A stretch of 64,000 bases of DNA. It comes from Mytilus californianus (lineage: Eukaryota). Below the pieces are notes generated by a model, which did no database searches, was not told the origin of the DNA, and was given only the letters and a program-made list of their open reading frames with translations. Below, in pieces: positions 13,911 through 26,313 of the stretch. Both the position numbers and the translations under genes were made by a program. Each line of letters opens with the position of its first letter. Within the stretch, counting starts at the first letter, position 1. The stretch covers positions 4,216,001 through 4,280,000 of the forward strand of contig NW_026262679.1 of the NCBI RefSeq assembly GCF_021869535.1, in the 5' to 3' direction.

Positions 13911-15176
13911 CATTAAATATACCAGTCTTAAGGACACAAAATTTCCGAAAGATTACCAAAATACAGGCTCAGCTACCGTAGATAATCTATTCCTTGGTTA
14001 GAAAATCTTTAGTATTTCGAACAATGCAAAGTTTTGTAAACAGTGAATTTACAAATAGGACCATATCAATGACATTTCATGTCAACACAGAATACTGACT
14101 ACTGGGCTGGTGACCAGCAGTGACCTAAATAACGTTGTGTGACTACGGCTAAAGGTTTATACTACCAATTGGAAAACATGATGCATTCAACAATTGTTTT
14201 TAATTTCCACAGCTGTCTGGTGCGAATTGATTTACCTTATATCACGGCTACCCGTTATAACTGAAGTATACTATGATGTACGTCTGTCCAAAAAATAAAT
14301 GCAAATTCCTGATAATTTGGGTTCAAAGAGGTCCAAATATTTTTCTCATTCAGCAAAAGTTTCATTTATGCAAATTCCGTTGTTAGTTATAGTAAACAAT
14401 AACATCAAACACACTCAGTTTAGTCCAGGAAAAGTTACATCGATGCAGAATGGTTGAATTGCTGGTGTGACACCTTCAATAAGGTGGATGTTTTACGTAT
14501 ATCAAAATGCGTAAAACATACGTATTTAAGAATACACGTTTGCATTAGAATAAAAATCATTGGCAGTCTGTTTTAAATTATTTTTGACACCCCGAACGGA
14601 GGTCGGTGGCATATTATCATTCCCCTTTTTTCCCACCAATCTTTGGAATTTCCAAAATGGTCGCCATTGCCATGGAAACAGGAGGAAAGTTTTACATTGA
14701 ACTATTGAGAAACATTACAGTAGTATTTTCTTACAGTAAATGGTAGATTATTAAAAATCCAGTTATAAACGGTGTTGATAAGTTACCTATCATTTGTCAG
14801 TGTGGCATCCGTCTTTGAAATTTTGGAAACAATTCAGAATGCTCTTACTTAATGATACTTTACAGAAATGTTAACTGGCATGTGTGAAGGTGCCATTTGA
14901 CTTTTGAATTTTCAAAATGACTGCGGTTACTGTGGAAACAGCAGTAATGTGAAAATTTGATAAATGCTCCTAACTTTCTATAAAATTACAGAAATATGTG
15001 TTGTCATGCATTCATTGCTGAAAAGATATAAATTATCTGACGTTTAACGACAATTACCAGACCGGGGTGACACCCGCTATTGCTTGCAATGTCAAATCTG
15101 GTTGAATGTATGCTTTTTGTCCGTAAACATCCGTTTGAACGTAGATGCACTAAAAGTGTTATATTTTCATTTACTA

Positions 15177-15985
15177 GCACTGTGTCGCTACCACTGCTGG
15201 TGAACTGTTTGTCCCGAGAGTATTCGGCTCAGTAGTCAGTGTCGCTACCACTGCTGGTGAACTGTTTGTCCCGAGAGTATTCAGCTCAGTAGTCAGTGTC
15301 GCTACCACTGCTGGTGAACTGTTTGTCCCGAGAGTATTCGGCTCAGTAGTCAGTGTCGCTACCACTGCTGGTGAACTGTTTGTCCCGAGAGTATTCAGCT
15401 CAGTAGTCAGTGTCGCTACCACTGCTGGTGAACTGTTTGTCCCGAGAGTATTCGGCTCAGTAGTCAGTGTCGCTACCACTGCTGGTGAACTGTTTGTCCC
15501 GAGAGCATTCGGCTCAGTAGTCAGTGTCGCTACCACTGCTGGTGAACTGTTTGTCCCGAGAGTATTCAGCTCAGTAGTCAGTGTCGCTACCACTGCTGGT
15601 GAACTGTTTGTCCCGAGAGTATTCAGCTCAGTAGTCAGTGTCGCTACCACTGCTGGTGAACTGTTTGTCCCGAGAGTATTCAGCTCAGTAGTCAGTGTCG
15701 CTACCACTGCTGGTGAACTGTTTGTCCCGAGAGTATTCGGCTCAGTAGTCAGTGTTGCTACCACTGCTGGTGAACTGTTTGTCCCGAGAGTATTCAGCTC
15801 AGTAGTCAGTGTCGCTACCACTGCTGGTGAACTGTTTGTCCCGAGAGTATTCGGTTCAGTAGTCAGTGTCGCTACCACTGCTGGTGAACTGTTTGTCCCG
15901 AGAGTATTCAGCTCAGTAGTCAGTGTCGCTACCACTGCTGGTGAACTGTTTGTCCCGAGAGTATTCAGCTCAGTAGTCAGTGCTT
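15177..15985. repeat. 57-bp minisatellite, 14 copies
   Basis: Unit gtcgctaccactgctggtgaactgtttgtcccgagagtattc(a/g)gctcagtagtcagt starts at 15184, 15241 ... 15925 with a strict 57-nt period. It generates the spurious 293-aa ORF. Confidence 0.98.
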
Positions 15986-17763
15986 CGCTACTGACATGAT
16001 TTCTAAAATAATTTTTGTTTAAATTTCTCCGTTGATAAATTAATAAATTATCCAAAAGCTATAGTTCCAACCCCCACTCACCAGGCAAAGTTGATCTTAG
16101 ATGAATTCGCCGGGATATTCTTTTTCGCTGCAGTTGGTCAATTGGCTCCCCGCTTAGTCATGAGGGTGTGATGATACCATGGCTGGAAGACTATTAGTTC
16201 CGAGGGTTTGGTCGATACCATGGCTAGAAGACTATTAGTCCCGAGGTTGTGATCAGCTCAGTAGTCAGTGCTTCGGTACTGACATGATTTATATATAGTA
16301 AAAAAAAATCAATTTAATAAATTATTTAAAAACTAAGGTTCTAACTCCCTCAGGCAAAGTTGACATTAGAAGAAAATGGCCCCCTTTGGTCTTATAACTC
16401 CTGAAGAAGGTAAATCAAGAAAAACGCTTTGAACATACGAAATTATATTTTAACATATAGCTGTACAATGCAACCCGAGTATAAATCTCACTAACCGAAA
16501 ATTATACCATAGCTATCTATGGTATAATTTTCACAATTATACCATGGTTTTGTTGTATATGGTCTTCTAGAAGAAAAAGAAAGATAGCAAGACCAGCTGG
16601 CCGCCTGATTTTTTTTACATTGGAACAACAGATTCAGTGCGGGCCACTAAGCTAAACTGCCCGCTTTGTACCAGATGATATAAATGAATGCCTAGGGTGG
16701 GAATCGAACCCACGTACACCAACTCCATTGTCCTATATTTTTAAGTGGACAAAAATTCGCTCCTAGAACAAACAACCAAACAAATAAAGTTTAAAAAACA
16801 TATAAAGGCGTTAAGATTTATATTTGTAAATATGTACTAGTTTATATACTATACTGGAAAATATAAGTTAATTTCGGTTATTGAGATGTATACTTAGATT
16901 GTATTACATAGGCTCCACTGTACAGCTACATGTATAGGTTTAAATTTGCCGAGGCGGATTTGGTTTTTTTTGGGAGGGAGGGGGTACGCTCCTTTTGATG
17001 AGCTTCATATATGGTAAAGACATAGACTTTTCCATTGTAGAACTCCAAATGTTGATTTGCTAGATCCCCCTTTCAAAATCATGGATCCGCGCCCGATTTG
17101 TTATACACTGCTGACATCTAGACTTTAACGAGGTTGCTTAAGTAATAACAACAATATTGGACCATTACATGTAAAATTAGATAGCGTCTGGTTACTCTAA
17201 ATGAATCTTAATTTTTTGTTTAAATTATCTAGTCAACATGTGATTTTATTCGTGAACATTTTTAAATCCCTTTTAAATAATGTATGACTTGGTCTTCTGG
17301 TACAAATTAGAGTGTGGAATGATTCATCCGAACTCTCTGAAAGATTCTTGTGAAATTAATTTCCTCAGAATTATAAATCAATATTGAAAAACATTTTGAT
17401 AAAATAAAAAAAAAATAACCCTTTCCAGTTCAATTTTTAATCTGGGATCCCAGAAATCTTTCAAAATATCAGAAATCTGAAGTTTCTTCCGTCTATATCC
17501 AGAAAATCTAATTCTTTCAAAATGTTTTCGTCTGTAACGTTATCCGTCACCAATGTAAATGTGCATTCATCCATCGCTGTCGAAAAAAACTGATTTTCCT
17601 GCTGTTTCAGAAGCCCGTGCTTATTTTAGAAAGTAGGCGGAGCTTTATGTGTAAGGCCCGAAAGGGGTTATTTAACTGACTATTATCAAAACTATTTTTA
17701 TAGTAAACAAACTAAACTATGAAATATACAATTTTGAACAGCAAAAGATGCGATAGGTTAAAA

Positions 17764-17948
17764 CAGATATTCCATATTTTTTGGATAATTTTTCGGTGTA
17801 TCGTAAATTATACCATAGTTTTTTTGTTGAAACCCCTCGGCAACCTCACTCGACTTCGTCTCGTGAGGTTATTGCTGGGGATTTCAACAAAAGCTATGGT
17901 ATAATTTACGAAACACCGCAAAACTATCATGAAGATATGAAATATCTA
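17764..17948. mobile_element. Fold-back (long palindromic) MITE-like element
   Basis: Arms cggtgtatcgtaaattataccatag... and ...ctatggtataatttacgaaacaccg extend imperfectly to ~85 bp around a short loop. A related 15-bp-arm hairpin is at 16498-16531. Confidence 0.7.
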
Positions 17949-18345
17949 TAAAAGTGTTATTTCATTTACTAGCCGTGACTGGTTTGCAATCTGATTAAAA
18001 TTTAGATCTATAACAAATCGCATGCTATCGTATTATATGAGGATAACGAAATCAGAGATCTTTTAATTAGATTGACAGGTTTGATACTACTGCTAGTGGA
18101 CTGTTAGTCTCCGAGGATGTCATCAGCTCAGTTGTCATTGCATCGGTACTGAAATGATTTATGATTTTGTTTTTTCTTGAATTCTCCTTTGATAAATTTG
18201 TTTAAAACCTAAGTTTTCCACTTTTCTTCAATTGTTACCGAAGGTGATTTTGGATGTTCTTTTTATAAAATTCCGTTTGTTTATACAGCTCATAATTTTT
18301 ACAGGTCTTATGATACATCATTGGCTTTTAAGTTTGAGGTTAAGA

Positions 18346-18387
18346 GCGTTCCTGATGAAAGTAAGTTCAGAAATGCGCCTCGGACGC
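18346..18387 (+). ncRNA. Degenerate minimal type I hammerhead ribozyme motif
   Basis: gcgttc CTGATGA aagtaagttca GAAA t gcgc ctc ggacgc. Stem I is intact; stems II and III are disrupted. Confidence 0.6.
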
Positions 18388-18941
18388 ACGAAATTATATA
18401 AAGTATTATTTTTGATTGTTCAACATGCATGTGTACAACGCCTATAAGGTTTTAAGAGTATCAGATTACATATAATTGTACATGATATATACCTGTTAAT
18501 CAATTAGAATGTGAGGGACTCGAATTAGAAATATCAAAACCAAGTTATTGGTATGTTTGAATATGATCAAAATCTTTAATTGGATATATTAGCCGTGTTG
18601 TAAACCCCAGCAAAAGCATGTCTTGTTGGAGTGGAAGATGTAAATCGAAAACTTATATGACATTGGAAACACTTTAAACATCAAAAACAAAAAATCGTTT
18701 TGTAGTTTAAAAACGAAAGGGCCTTATCAAGGACCATGTAAAGTCAACTTTGCTTTTTGCAACCTTGGTCTTTAACACACTTTATTAATCTTTGGAACTG
18801 AAAATCACAAATAAATCGTATTATATTAATTAAGTCAATACCACAACTCACTAGATTTGTATAATTTCCTTCGTTGACTAGTATATAATCTAAACTGATA
18901 CGTCACAGATGCGTAATCATAATCTTATTAAATACACAGTC

Positions 18942-19061
18942 ATGAACGGAGAACGAATATATGATCTATGTATTGTTGGAGCAGGTTTGATAGGGTCTGC
19001 AGCTGCAAGTCATGCGTCGAAATGGGGAAGCGTTTGTTTGGTTGGACCAGAAGAACCAAAG
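18942..19061 (+). CDS. FAD-dependent oxidoreductase (monomeric sarcosine oxidase/DAO family) paralogue 1, exon 1
   Basis: MNGERIYDLCIVGAGLIGSAAASHASKWGSVCLVGPEEPK carries the GxGxxG Rossmann motif. Gene model: 18942-19061, 19917-20061, 20643-21132, 27265-27383, 28890-29036, 29503-29747. Phases are consistent, 421 aa, no internal stop. Confidence 0.93.
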
Positions 19062-19916
19062 GTTCGAATATAAATAAGTTACTTTTATATTATTTCGCAA
19101 CTCATTTATCATTTGTTCAACTTTCTCTTTAAAATGATAACTTTGTAAAGGGTGGACACGAATGATCTGAAAAATATCTCCAATTTCAGACGAATGCGGT
19201 ATTCATGTATAGTTTATTGTTAATATTCTATGCATTAAAAATAATGTGGAAAAGTAAGAACTGGCAAATCGAACCTTTCATTTGATAAAATTACCATGGC
19301 CTCTTCCAGTGTCTAGTTTGAAGGTCAATTAAATCTGAAACTCTGTCAGGTAAAATTACATACAACAGGCGTGTGTGTGTGTGTTTAAAAAAGAGAAATT
19401 TTACCTGTTTTCAGATATACAAAAAATGATTATATCTTACAGGCTATTCATTTAGATAAGGAGCTTCCTTTTTTATTCAAATTATGTAATATTAAGCATA
19501 AGAACACTGTTTTAATCATACTTGTATAGTAAATCAATGAGTGAACGTTTTGGGACTATCAAAATAAGTGTGTTTGAAAATAGACACATAGCAATATATA
19601 GTTTCCACTCTCCAACGTACATAGCAAAACATCACAGGCACTTTTCTCAGAAAAACAATACCTATATACTTAAATATGTATTAAAGTATATAGGTAATTT
19701 TTTTTCACGAAACAAGTGCCTGTGTAAAATATATACAGTTTTAACTCTTCAACGTACATAGCAAAACATATACAGTTTTAAATCCTGAGCGATCATAGAA
19801 AAACTCGTACAGTTTTCGCTCTCCAACATACATAGCAAAACATATTTAGTTTTCGCTCTCCAACATACGTAGCAAAACACATACAGTTTTCAGTAACCAA
19901 GAATTTTTGTTCATAG

Positions 19917-20061
19917 AGTAGAAATGTGAATGATAAAAGAGATATATATGGCTGCCATTATGACGAGGGAAGAATAACGCGATGTACAGACCCAGATCCA
20001 GTGTGGGCTATGCTGGCACAGAAATCAATTGCTAGATATAGACAACTAGAAACAGACACAG
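19917..20061 (+). CDS. Sarcosine oxidase-like paralogue 1, exon 2
   Basis: AG/GT bounded, 145 nt: ...IYGCHYDEGRITRCTDPDPVWAMLAQKSIARYRQLE... Confidence 0.92.
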
Positions 20062-20642
20062 GTAACTATTAATTAAAACTAGTAAGTTTCCAAAAATAAT
20101 ATTCAAATCATTTTGAAGTTCAAAATATGCTTTGTTGATTTCTTTTTGAAAAATGTGATTATATGACTTATTCCCAGAAGACCTAAAATTGTGAATGAAT
20201 TTAGAGGTAGAAGCAAGAAGGCAATCAAAAACCTTACATAAATATTGTGTCATTATTTCAACGTATAATACTGAGTTCAAGGAACACGTCATGTTTGGGT
20301 AGTTCAACATGAGAGATAAGGGATGCAATTAAATAAAAATTCTAGAAGCATAAAAAACCAGAACAGAAAACAATACAGAAAACGGTTGACTTTACCAGAG
20401 GAATCGGCAGCCTTTGGGGTTTTGGTTATATTAGCTTGAATCTTGCGCACTAAATTCGTGTTCACTCAACTTATTAACTTACTTTGAAGATAATTCATAA
20501 ATTATTCATCAAAAGCCTTAACATTTCAATGAAGTATGAGAAAAAAATCAGAAATATATATGACAGGGAAAAAAACCCGAAAAATTGTATTACAATCATT
20601 TCCCTAAATGAAGATAGACTCAGTTATGCTTATTATTAACAG

Positions 20643-21132
20643 GAATTCCCTTTTATGATGAAATTGGATGTTTAATGATAGGAGAAAAGGATTCCAAATT
20701 TCTGAACCAAGTAACAGATGTAGTGAAGACACAGAAAATGGATGCCACGTACTTAACAAATGAAGCCTTGAAAGAAAAATTTCCCTTTCTACATGTTTCT
20801 ATATCAGACGATGCAGTTTATGAATTTAAAGACGCTGGGAATATTAGTCCTCGAAGTTTAATTAGTGCCCAGATCACTAAAGCAATATCTCAAGGTTGTC
20901 ATCTTTTACCAGAGGTAGCTAATCGCGTGAGGCGCATTGAAAGAAACGGTGAATATGTTATGTGTATATCAACGGAAGCTTCACAGATTTTGGCGAAAAA
21001 AGTTTTATTAGCAACCGGTGCATTCACCGGGTTTAGAGAACTTCTCCCAGATGAATTACAATTAGATGTTAACCTTTGTCCTTTGACTGTTGCAAAGGTT
21101 GAAATACCAGAATCGGACGTGGAAAGAATAAG
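20643..21132 (+). CDS. Sarcosine oxidase-like paralogue 1, exon 3
   Basis: AG/GT bounded, 490 nt: GIPFYDEIGCL...AGNISPRSLISAQ...KKVLLATGAFT (ATG motif of flavoproteins). Confidence 0.95.
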
Positions 21133-21254
21133 GTAACATTACGAATAACAATTTACTTCAGGCTACATATATATGTTCCATTAAAATTCAGTTTAACAAC
21201 CTTTCCTTTATGCAGGCGTCACACTGTCCCGAAATTGACACCAGGTGGACACAC

Positions 21255-21770
21255 GGTAAAAAGTAAAATCACAAAAATACTGAACTCCGAGGAAAATTCA
21301 AAAAGGAAAGTCCCCAATCAAATGGCAAAATCAAAAAAACAAACACATCAAACGAATGGATAACAACTGTCATATTCCTGACTTGGTACAGGCATTTTCT
21401 TATGTAGAAAATGGTGGATTGAACCTGGTTTAATAGCTAGCTAAACCTCTCACTTGTATGACAGTCGCATCAAATTCCATTATATTGACAACGATGCGTG
21501 AACAAAACAAACAGACACAATAGGTAAAAATGTTAAAAATAGGAGTACAGCAGTCAACATTGTGTTATCATCTTAATCACTATAAAAAACAAGCAAATGT
21601 AACGAAGAAGCACAAAAAAAGCATACATCAAATTTAAAATCCTCATTTTGCTTATATTATACGATTTTATTTATCTATGTAAAATCCACCCATAAAGGAT
21701 GGAAGGTTTTAAGTACTGGCGTAAAATCGCGCGTTTGAAATTTGCACAGGTAGACATAACATAATTTTGT
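21255..21770. repeat. Abundant Penelope-associated non-autonomous repeat
   Basis: aaaagtaaaatcacaaaaatactgaactccgaggaaaattc... unit, also at 31710-32148, 39410-39835 (inverted) and 54660-54750. Confidence 0.8.
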
Positions 21771-21773
21771 CGT

Positions 21774-24230
21774 TCAAAGTATGTTGTCAATAAGAAACTC
21801 CAGCATACTGATCACTTGTTCCTCTGTGTAGCATGTTTTACCCTTTTGTTCACTATAAACAAAATATGCCTTATGGTATCCCAAAGTAATAAATTTATAG
21901 CGTATGCTACAATTTTTATGATGAAAAGCATTGTGGATTATTTCTTTTAGACGGTTTTTCAATTTCACATGGGGAATGGTGGTATACAAGGTTGAAAAAT
22001 CAAAAGTTTTGATAGAACTAATTTCAGAAAAAGACCGAGATTTAAAATTATCCAGAAGTTCTTGAGAGTTTTTAAGAATCCACATATGGTTAATACTACG
22101 CGAGTAAACAGTTTCACAGTATTTCTGAAGACCCTCTTTCACTGCGGACAGAATTTTAGCCAATCTAATGGACAATTCTTTAGTGGAACATGCAGATGAG
22201 CCGGCAATGTACCGTTTTTTGTACGGAATTTTGTGAAGTTTAGGTATCCAATACAAACAAGGTAAGTCCTCCGATTTGTTGTTCAATGCAATGTTCATTG
22301 AAGCCATGAAGGACTTATGATTCGCCAAAATCTCATCCTTGTCAAATGATATGTTTTTGTATGTGGGATTACCAGAGTGCTCATTTATTCCTAATTCTTT
22401 TACAAGACACTCGTAGTAATACGATTTACATATAAAGACAATATTATTTGAAGCTTTGTCAGCAGGAACAACAACATACTTATCTTGAAGAGATGATAGA
22501 CATTTCACAGCCTCTTTGTCTCTGAAAACGGACTTTGGTCGATCATTCACACAGTTTTTCAACTTATGAATGCGACGTTTTATCAGAGACCTGATTGTTT
22601 TGACCCATTCTGACAAAGTGTCTAGTTGAACTTCTTCTCGTTTAGCCCATGCTGTGGCGTAGTCCTCAATGGAATCCATAATTATTTTGAAGTTATGGTT
22701 CCAATTGATGTGTTGGGGTTATCTAAACTTAGGACCATGCGAAATCACCTTTCGGAGATTTTCAAGGTGAATTATGTTTAGATCCCCAGTAATAACATGG
22801 CCAGAGGGGCCGTAATTGTAAGGCGAGTGGGAACAGTCACATGTCAGAGGGTTTTTTAGGTATTGTTCTAAATCAAGGTCCTGTAATGCTTGTTTATAGT
22901 TAAATATTTTGGGTGCAATGGTTTTGGTGTAACTGTAGGATACAATAGGAACAGACTGATTTTGAAAATAAATAGGAATTTTAGATGTTACCTCCTTGTG
23001 ACGTAGAACGTTGCTGATGTTGATTGCATCAATTCCTCGATTGGTAAAGTAAACAGGAAGGAATTTCCTCTTTTTCTCATGTAAAGGTTCCAATCTTACT
23101 GGTTTAAAAAGACGGAAAAGAGCTACATCACAAATTATACTGACAAGTCTGTATATTGGAGAAAATGTATGTATGCATCCTTTGTCAAGTGCATAATCTC
23201 TCAAACATTTTAGAAAATTAACAGGCAGTGAAAAAAGAATAGTTCTAATGTAATGTAACCCTAGCGGATGATGAAGATGAGAAAGAAGGTCATGAAAGCT
23301 CCCAGAGGGCGATCTAGATTTGGAAGACTTTTTTACATTAGGCCGATGGTAACGTTTTTGCCCATGACTACGTTGGTTTCGTAAGGTAGTGTTAAATAAA
23401 CTCATTACATTAACATCACTGCAGGCTGGACTTGACAAATTTCCTACTCCTTTGACTTATCATTGCAACCATATGGCATTGCAGTACCTAGTTACCTTAT
23501 CCAGAATTTTTCTCTATCTTTTTTGGAAAGGAGTACTAAGTACAGGGCTATTTGTGTGGTGATAAATTTTCTCAATGATGCGTACTTTCATAGATAAAGA
23601 CGGATCATGGTCTGGTTGATTAAAATGATTATAAAGAACCCTGAATTGCGGATCTTTATTATCAGACCGGTGTTGATTCATCCTTTTACGCAAAGTTTGT
23701 CGAGTTTCACCAACATAAAGTAGTCCACACAAAGTACATTCAATTCCGTACACTACATTGTCCGTGGAACAGTCCAGAGGCTCGAAAGATTTAGTATAAT
23801 ACGTTTTCCTGTTAAATTACTGGTAAAATCAGGAGTTGTGATAAACATATTACATGTCTTACACGTGCTCCTTTTTCCTTTTTTGTGTTTACAAGAAGAA
23901 ATGAAAGGTGTAGATCCACTTGTAGCAGGTGTATTCAAACAGTTGAAAATATAAACGCAAAACAGCTTTAATTTATGAAAAGTATCTGAATTTTTAAAGT
24001 AGTAATTACCTTCTGGCTAAACGTAAGTCACATCAGGGGTATCCCGGAGGATATTCCGTGGAACACACAAATCAATTGCTACAGTGTTCCGTGCAGCAAA
24101 AGAGGACCTTGGTAACCCGGGCGACGTCCCAGCCGGTTTGTTCTTTGTATTATTTGTTTTCATCATGCATAAAGCTACCAAGTGAATGATGCCCTCGGGG
24201 AATAATCCACCAGCAGTAAAGTTTCTTCCA
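21774..24230 (-). mobile_element. Decayed Penelope-like retroelement (GIY-YIG before RT, Naiad/Chlamys-type) nested inside the Harbinger
   Basis: One disrupted ORF on the minus strand: CxxC region (23938-23760), GIY-YIG (NVVYGIECTLCGLLYVGET...RMNQHRS...REKFWI..LGT..PYGCN), linker, in-frame TAA at 22721-22719, then RT (VVVPADKASNN; LYWIPKLHK; KTFDFSTLYTTIPH). Truncated at LIDNI before the catalytic DD. Confidence 0.9.
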
Positions 24231-25003
24231 GGAAGAAACTTGACATCGACTTAGATTTACTAACCCTCTATGGATCCGTACGGGGTTAGTAGCGAACCAT
24301 ATAACTTATAATATGATATGCAAGCAGGGGCATCATCCTTATTTATCTTTACTATGACATGGACTTGGCAATTTCTATATATAGGAAAGTTTGTGAACTC
24401 AAAATTGACTACAGTTTTAAATGGAATGGAATGAAACTTTACACATTTGATGTACACCAGGTGAAGTTGTGCAAGGCATACATTATGTTAAAATTCGGGT
24501 GTGATCGTAAAAACATCGGGCCATTCGTGGGGGCATCTAAGGCCATCGTATGACCGCCGGTTGAGTTTTCAGGATCCGGCTACAACTTCGTGAGTGGTGG
24601 CAAAATCTTTGACATGGCAAAAAATTTCCGAAAGACCTATCATCGTATCAAATCATGTCATCTTCGTCTTTACTTCGTGTGATCATCGGTGCCATCGGGA
24701 ATTGTTGGCCTCACGAAGACGAAACGAAGGAAACAAGAAGCTGCCCGAATGCCTCAAGAAGGCAACACAACTAAGCGAAGCTCTCGCAATGCCATCGTGT
24801 AGCCATCGTTTTATAGTACGATGACATCGAGATGGGACCACGGTGTCGGCGTAGACAGCCGAATTTGAGTAGCTCAAGCGTTTGACATGTGTCATGATAA
24901 CCTGGACACATAAAAGGCTAGCCTCAGAGCATATTTCGCAGACAGTCCTGAGTAACTCTCAAAGCTTCAATCACACAATTAACCACAATTCAGTCCCTGC
25001 AGA

Positions 25004-26313
25004 ATGGCATACTTTGATAATGAGACAATTATTAAAGAGAAAGCAGCAGCCTTGCTTCTTTTGATGCATCTCAGAGAAAATGATGAGCAACTCTTACATT
25101 CCCAGCTATTCCTCTTACATGCAAAAATTGTCTTATTTCCCTTTATTACATCTTGCTATTTGCCTTTCTAATATTCGACTATGTGCTTATCTTGTTTTGC
25201 CTTTTTATTTTCCAGTGCAGGAACAAACTGAGGCGAAGGAGGACACCGAGGTCTATGTGGGTCACAAAATGGTTGTCTGACAAAAGAAGAGAACGTTACG
25301 GTCCCTATAACACTCTATAACACTCTAATAATTCAGGAGCTGCAGACAGAAGATGAGAAGGCCTTCTACTAATACACAAGACTTGCCAGAGGCGTCTACG
25401 ATGAGGTCCTACGAAGGGCATAAGTTGCTTCAAACACAATCTCTCTATTACTAGTATCAATGATGTCTGCGATGCCACCAAAGCCGAGTTTGTTGTTGAG
25501 GTGATCCAGTGTTCTACTACAACTGAGGAGTAGACCGCCATTGCTGAGCAGTTTTAGAAGAAATGGAAATTTCCACACTGCTGTGGTGCTCTGGATGGCA
25601 AGGATGTGACGGTCACATGTCCTTGGAATACTGGCTAAGTGTACAGAAACTACAAGGGCTTCTTCTCCATTGTTCTCATGGCCCTGGTTGACACTTGAAG
25701 TTTCTATGGATTAATGTCGGCTCTGATGGTTCCAGCAACGATGCCAGTGTCTACAATGGTTCAGAACTGATGGAAGGCCTGGAAAGTCTGAACAACATAT
25801 TCAATCTCCCAGAAGAGAAGTCTCTACCTGGTGATGACGTTCCTGTCCCATACTACATAGTGGGGGACAATGCTTTTGAGATCAACAAGCACCTGCAAAA
25901 CCAGTTCTCCATCAGAACAATAGAGCTCCATGAGAGAATATTTGATTATAGATTCTCCAGAGCCAGGCGTGTGTAGTGGAGAATGCCTTTGGTATTCTCG
26001 CACACAAGTTTTTTTTTGCTCAGGACTATGAATCAGAGACATGCAGAGAAAATTCATCAAAACTTGTGTGAGCCTTCACAATCTCATCAGACTGAGAAAT
26101 GCAGCATCCCAAAACAATCTGATGAACTTACAGGACCAGAATCAAAATGTCATCCCCAGGGGCATGGAGAAATGACAAATACTTCTGAATGTTTACCATT
26201 AGAGGGCAAAGAACACTGGAACCCAGAGTGTGAGTCAAATTAAAATATACCTGGGTCACTACTTTACCCCAAAGGCTTGTTAGGTTCCATGATAGGACAA
26301 GATGATCCAGTAA
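25004..26313 (+). pseudogene. Harbinger (HARBI1-like, DDE_Tnp_4) transposase relic
   Basis: With stops and frameshifts: RRRR..SMWVTKWL...YNTL; WKFPHCCGALDGK; YRNYKGFFSIVLMALVD; VGSDGSSNDASV; YYIVGDNAF; FDYRFSRARRV.ENAFGIL. Confidence 0.9.

Noticed and set aside
15177-15985. CRISPR array
   Set aside because: Units are contiguous with no unique spacers, there are no cas genes, and the DNA is eukaryotic.
15174-16055. 293-aa Thr/Ser-rich repeat ORF (mucin, antifreeze or adhesive-like)
   Set aside because: It is the translation of a 57-bp minisatellite whose unit happens to lack stops. The flanks are dispersed repeat sequence and there is no signal peptide or splice context.
16640-16720. tRNA gene (also the B-box-like motif near 57100)
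   Set aside because: Only a B-box/T-arm-like segment is present with no cloverleaf; more likely SINE head fragments.
9130-24230. Selenocysteine-encoding Naiad elements (in-frame UGA at Cys positions, SECIS)
   Set aside because: The Cys positions I checked use TGT/TGC, and the interrupting stops I read are TAA/TAG or frameshifts. An ATGA...AAA candidate at ~11657-11705 does not form a convincing SECIS stem.
21238-24463. acaccaggtg as a 10-bp TSD of the nested Penelope insertion
   Set aside because: The right-hand copy appears to lie inside a separate Helentron-like repeat fragment, so the match may be chance. The boundary is left unresolved.
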